Shown piece after piece: positions 62,982 through 64,000 of a stretch of 64,000 bases of DNA. The notes under the pieces are model-generated. The model worked only from the letters and a program-made list of their open reading frames with translations, was not told the DNA's origin and made no database searches. Source of the stretch: an uncultured Acidobacteriota bacterium (GTDB taxonomy: Bacteria; Acidobacteriota; Thermoanaerobaculia; Multivoradales; UBA5704); the NCBI GenBank assembly GCA_963756455.1, contig CAVWNC010000003.1, forward strand, positions 2,456,090 to 2,520,089, read 5' to 3'. A program made the translations under genes and the position numbers. Each line of letters opens with the position of its first letter. The first letter of the stretch is position 1.

Positions 62982-63902
62982 TTGCGCACGATCCTCCACA
63001 TCTCCGACGTCCACTTCGGACCGCCGCACCTGCCGCGCCTGTCGGCGGGGGTGCTGGAGCTCATCGCCCTGCGCCGGCCGGACGTCGTCGTCCTCTCGGG
63101 CGACCTGACGCAGCGCGCCAAGCCCGAGCAGTTCCGGCAGGCGCGGGCGTTCGTCGACGCGATCCCCGTCCCCACCCTCGTCGTTCCCGGCAACCACGAC
63201 GTCCCCATGTACCGGGTCTGGGAGCGGATCTTCGCCCCCTTCAGAGCCTACCGGGCGCATTTCGCCACCGACTTGGAGCCGATCTACCGCGACGACGAGA
63301 TGCTCATCGTCGGCATCAACACCGCGTTCAACTGGACGATCAAGGACGGCCGGATCCAGCTCGCCCGCCTGCTCGAGGTGGGGGAGCTCTTCGAGAAGAC
63401 GCCTGCGAGCGTCTTCAAGGTGGTGGTCGCCCACCATCACCTCATCCCGCCGCCCAACTTCGGCACCCAGCGGGTGCTCACCAACGCCTACGAGGCGATC
63501 GACCTCTTCTCCCAGGTGGGGGTCGACCTCATCCTCTCCGGGCACCTGCACCAGGCCTACATCGGCAACTCCGAAGAGTTCTACCCCAAGGGTCGGCCGC
63601 CGGTCGTCATCCTCCACTCCGGCACCACCACCTCGAACCGTGGTCGCGCCGGAGAGCGGGAGAAGAACAGCTGCAACTGGATCGCCGTCGACTCCCGGTC
63701 GATGGTCGTCTCCCACTTCCGCTGGCACCCCGAGCTCGACCGCTTCGCCGAGCACAGCCGCCACTGGTACCCCCGTCAGGAGCTGACGCCCTATACCCTG
63801 GAGAACCTGAAGGAACCGGCCACCGGCGAACCGGTGCCCGAGGCGGCCCCGGAAGGGGGAGCGAGAGGATCGCTCGCGGCTCCGGCCCCCCGTCAGGGCT
63901 GA
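62982..63902 (+). CDS. calcineurin-like metallophosphoesterase
   Basis: Motifs are HISDVHFG, LSGDLT, VPGNHD, VVAHHHL and SGHLH. Confidence 0.88.
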   Translation: MRTILHISDVHFGPPHLPRLSAGVLELIALRRPDVVVLSGDLTQRAKPEQFRQARAFVDAIPVPTLVVPGNHDVPMYRVWERIFAPFRAYRAHFATDLEPIYRDDEMLIVGINTAFNWTIKDGRIQLARLLEVGELFEKTPASVFKVVVAHHHLIPPPNFGTQRVLTNAYEAIDLFSQVGVDLILSGHLHQAYIGNSEEFYPKGRPPVVILHSGTTTSNRGRAGEREKNSCNWIAVDSRSMVVSHFRWHPELDRFAEHSRHWYPRQELTPYTLENLKEPATGEPVPEAAPEGGARGSLAAPAPRQG

Positions 63903-63911
63903 GCCGTCGAT

Positions 63912-64000
63912 TCAGAGATCCGCCCCGATCAGCTCGCCGAGCGTCCGCACCCCGTCCCGATCCATGAGGCGGAGAAGCTCTTCGTTGATCCGCCGCGGCA
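63912..64000 (-). CDS. 3' end of an unidentified gene (TIM-barrel oxidoreductase-like C-terminus?)
   Basis: The minus frame ends ..RRINEELLRLMDRDGVRTLGELIGADL* at 63912-63914. Only 29 codons are visible. Confidence 0.4.
   Translation of the reverse strand, partial: PRRINEELLRLMDRDGVRTLGELIGADL

Overview
This is a 64-kb high-GC bacterial chromosomal segment. The gene content and the GTCATCCTGAGCGGAGCGAAGGATCTG-type palindromic repeats resemble Acidobacteriota-like genomes, but I cannot verify taxonomy from the sequence alone. The ORF track prints GTG and TTG starts as M. It also contains many long Arg/Pro/Gly-rich antisense or alternate-frame ORFs, which is typical of high-GC DNA. I called only frames with ordinary amino-acid composition and recognisable motifs, and I trimmed several ORFs to internal starts.

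The core content is housekeeping. One minus-strand block runs def-rlmH-dksA, holA, a DnaC-like loader, a SpoIID/SPOR lipoprotein, deoC and dedA. Other core genes are an SNF2/SWIM helicase, a LolA-like protein, tgt-yajC-secDF, relA/spoT, an ABC-2 exporter operon, a Rieske oxygenase, a PP2C phosphatase, an ECF sigma/anti-sigma pair, beta-carbonic anhydrase, a YihY protein, an ElaB-like protein and tRNA-Ala(CGC).

The accessory or unusual content is:
- a stand-alone TPR-CHAT protease next to a gene remnant;
- an IS110-family element inserted into a palindromic repeat, with an uninterrupted copy of that repeat elsewhere in the window; the element has a 710-bp non-coding end downstream of the transposase that contains internal duplications and is a candidate guide-RNA region;
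- a 2,163-aa IPTL-CTERM surface protein with 7 x 384-bp tandem DUF11-type repeats;
- a repeat-flanked DUF4062-NACHT-HEAT-FGE/SUMF1 STAND protein whose N-terminus is split by a 1-nt frameshift;
- a three-module toxin-antitoxin cluster abutting tRNA-Ala, including an MNT antitoxin with an uncharacterised ~235-aa N-terminal extension;
- two related 21-bp-phased repeat arrays, a nested-palindrome MITE-like element, and several other tandem or direct repeats.

I saw no CRISPR array, rRNA gene or prophage.
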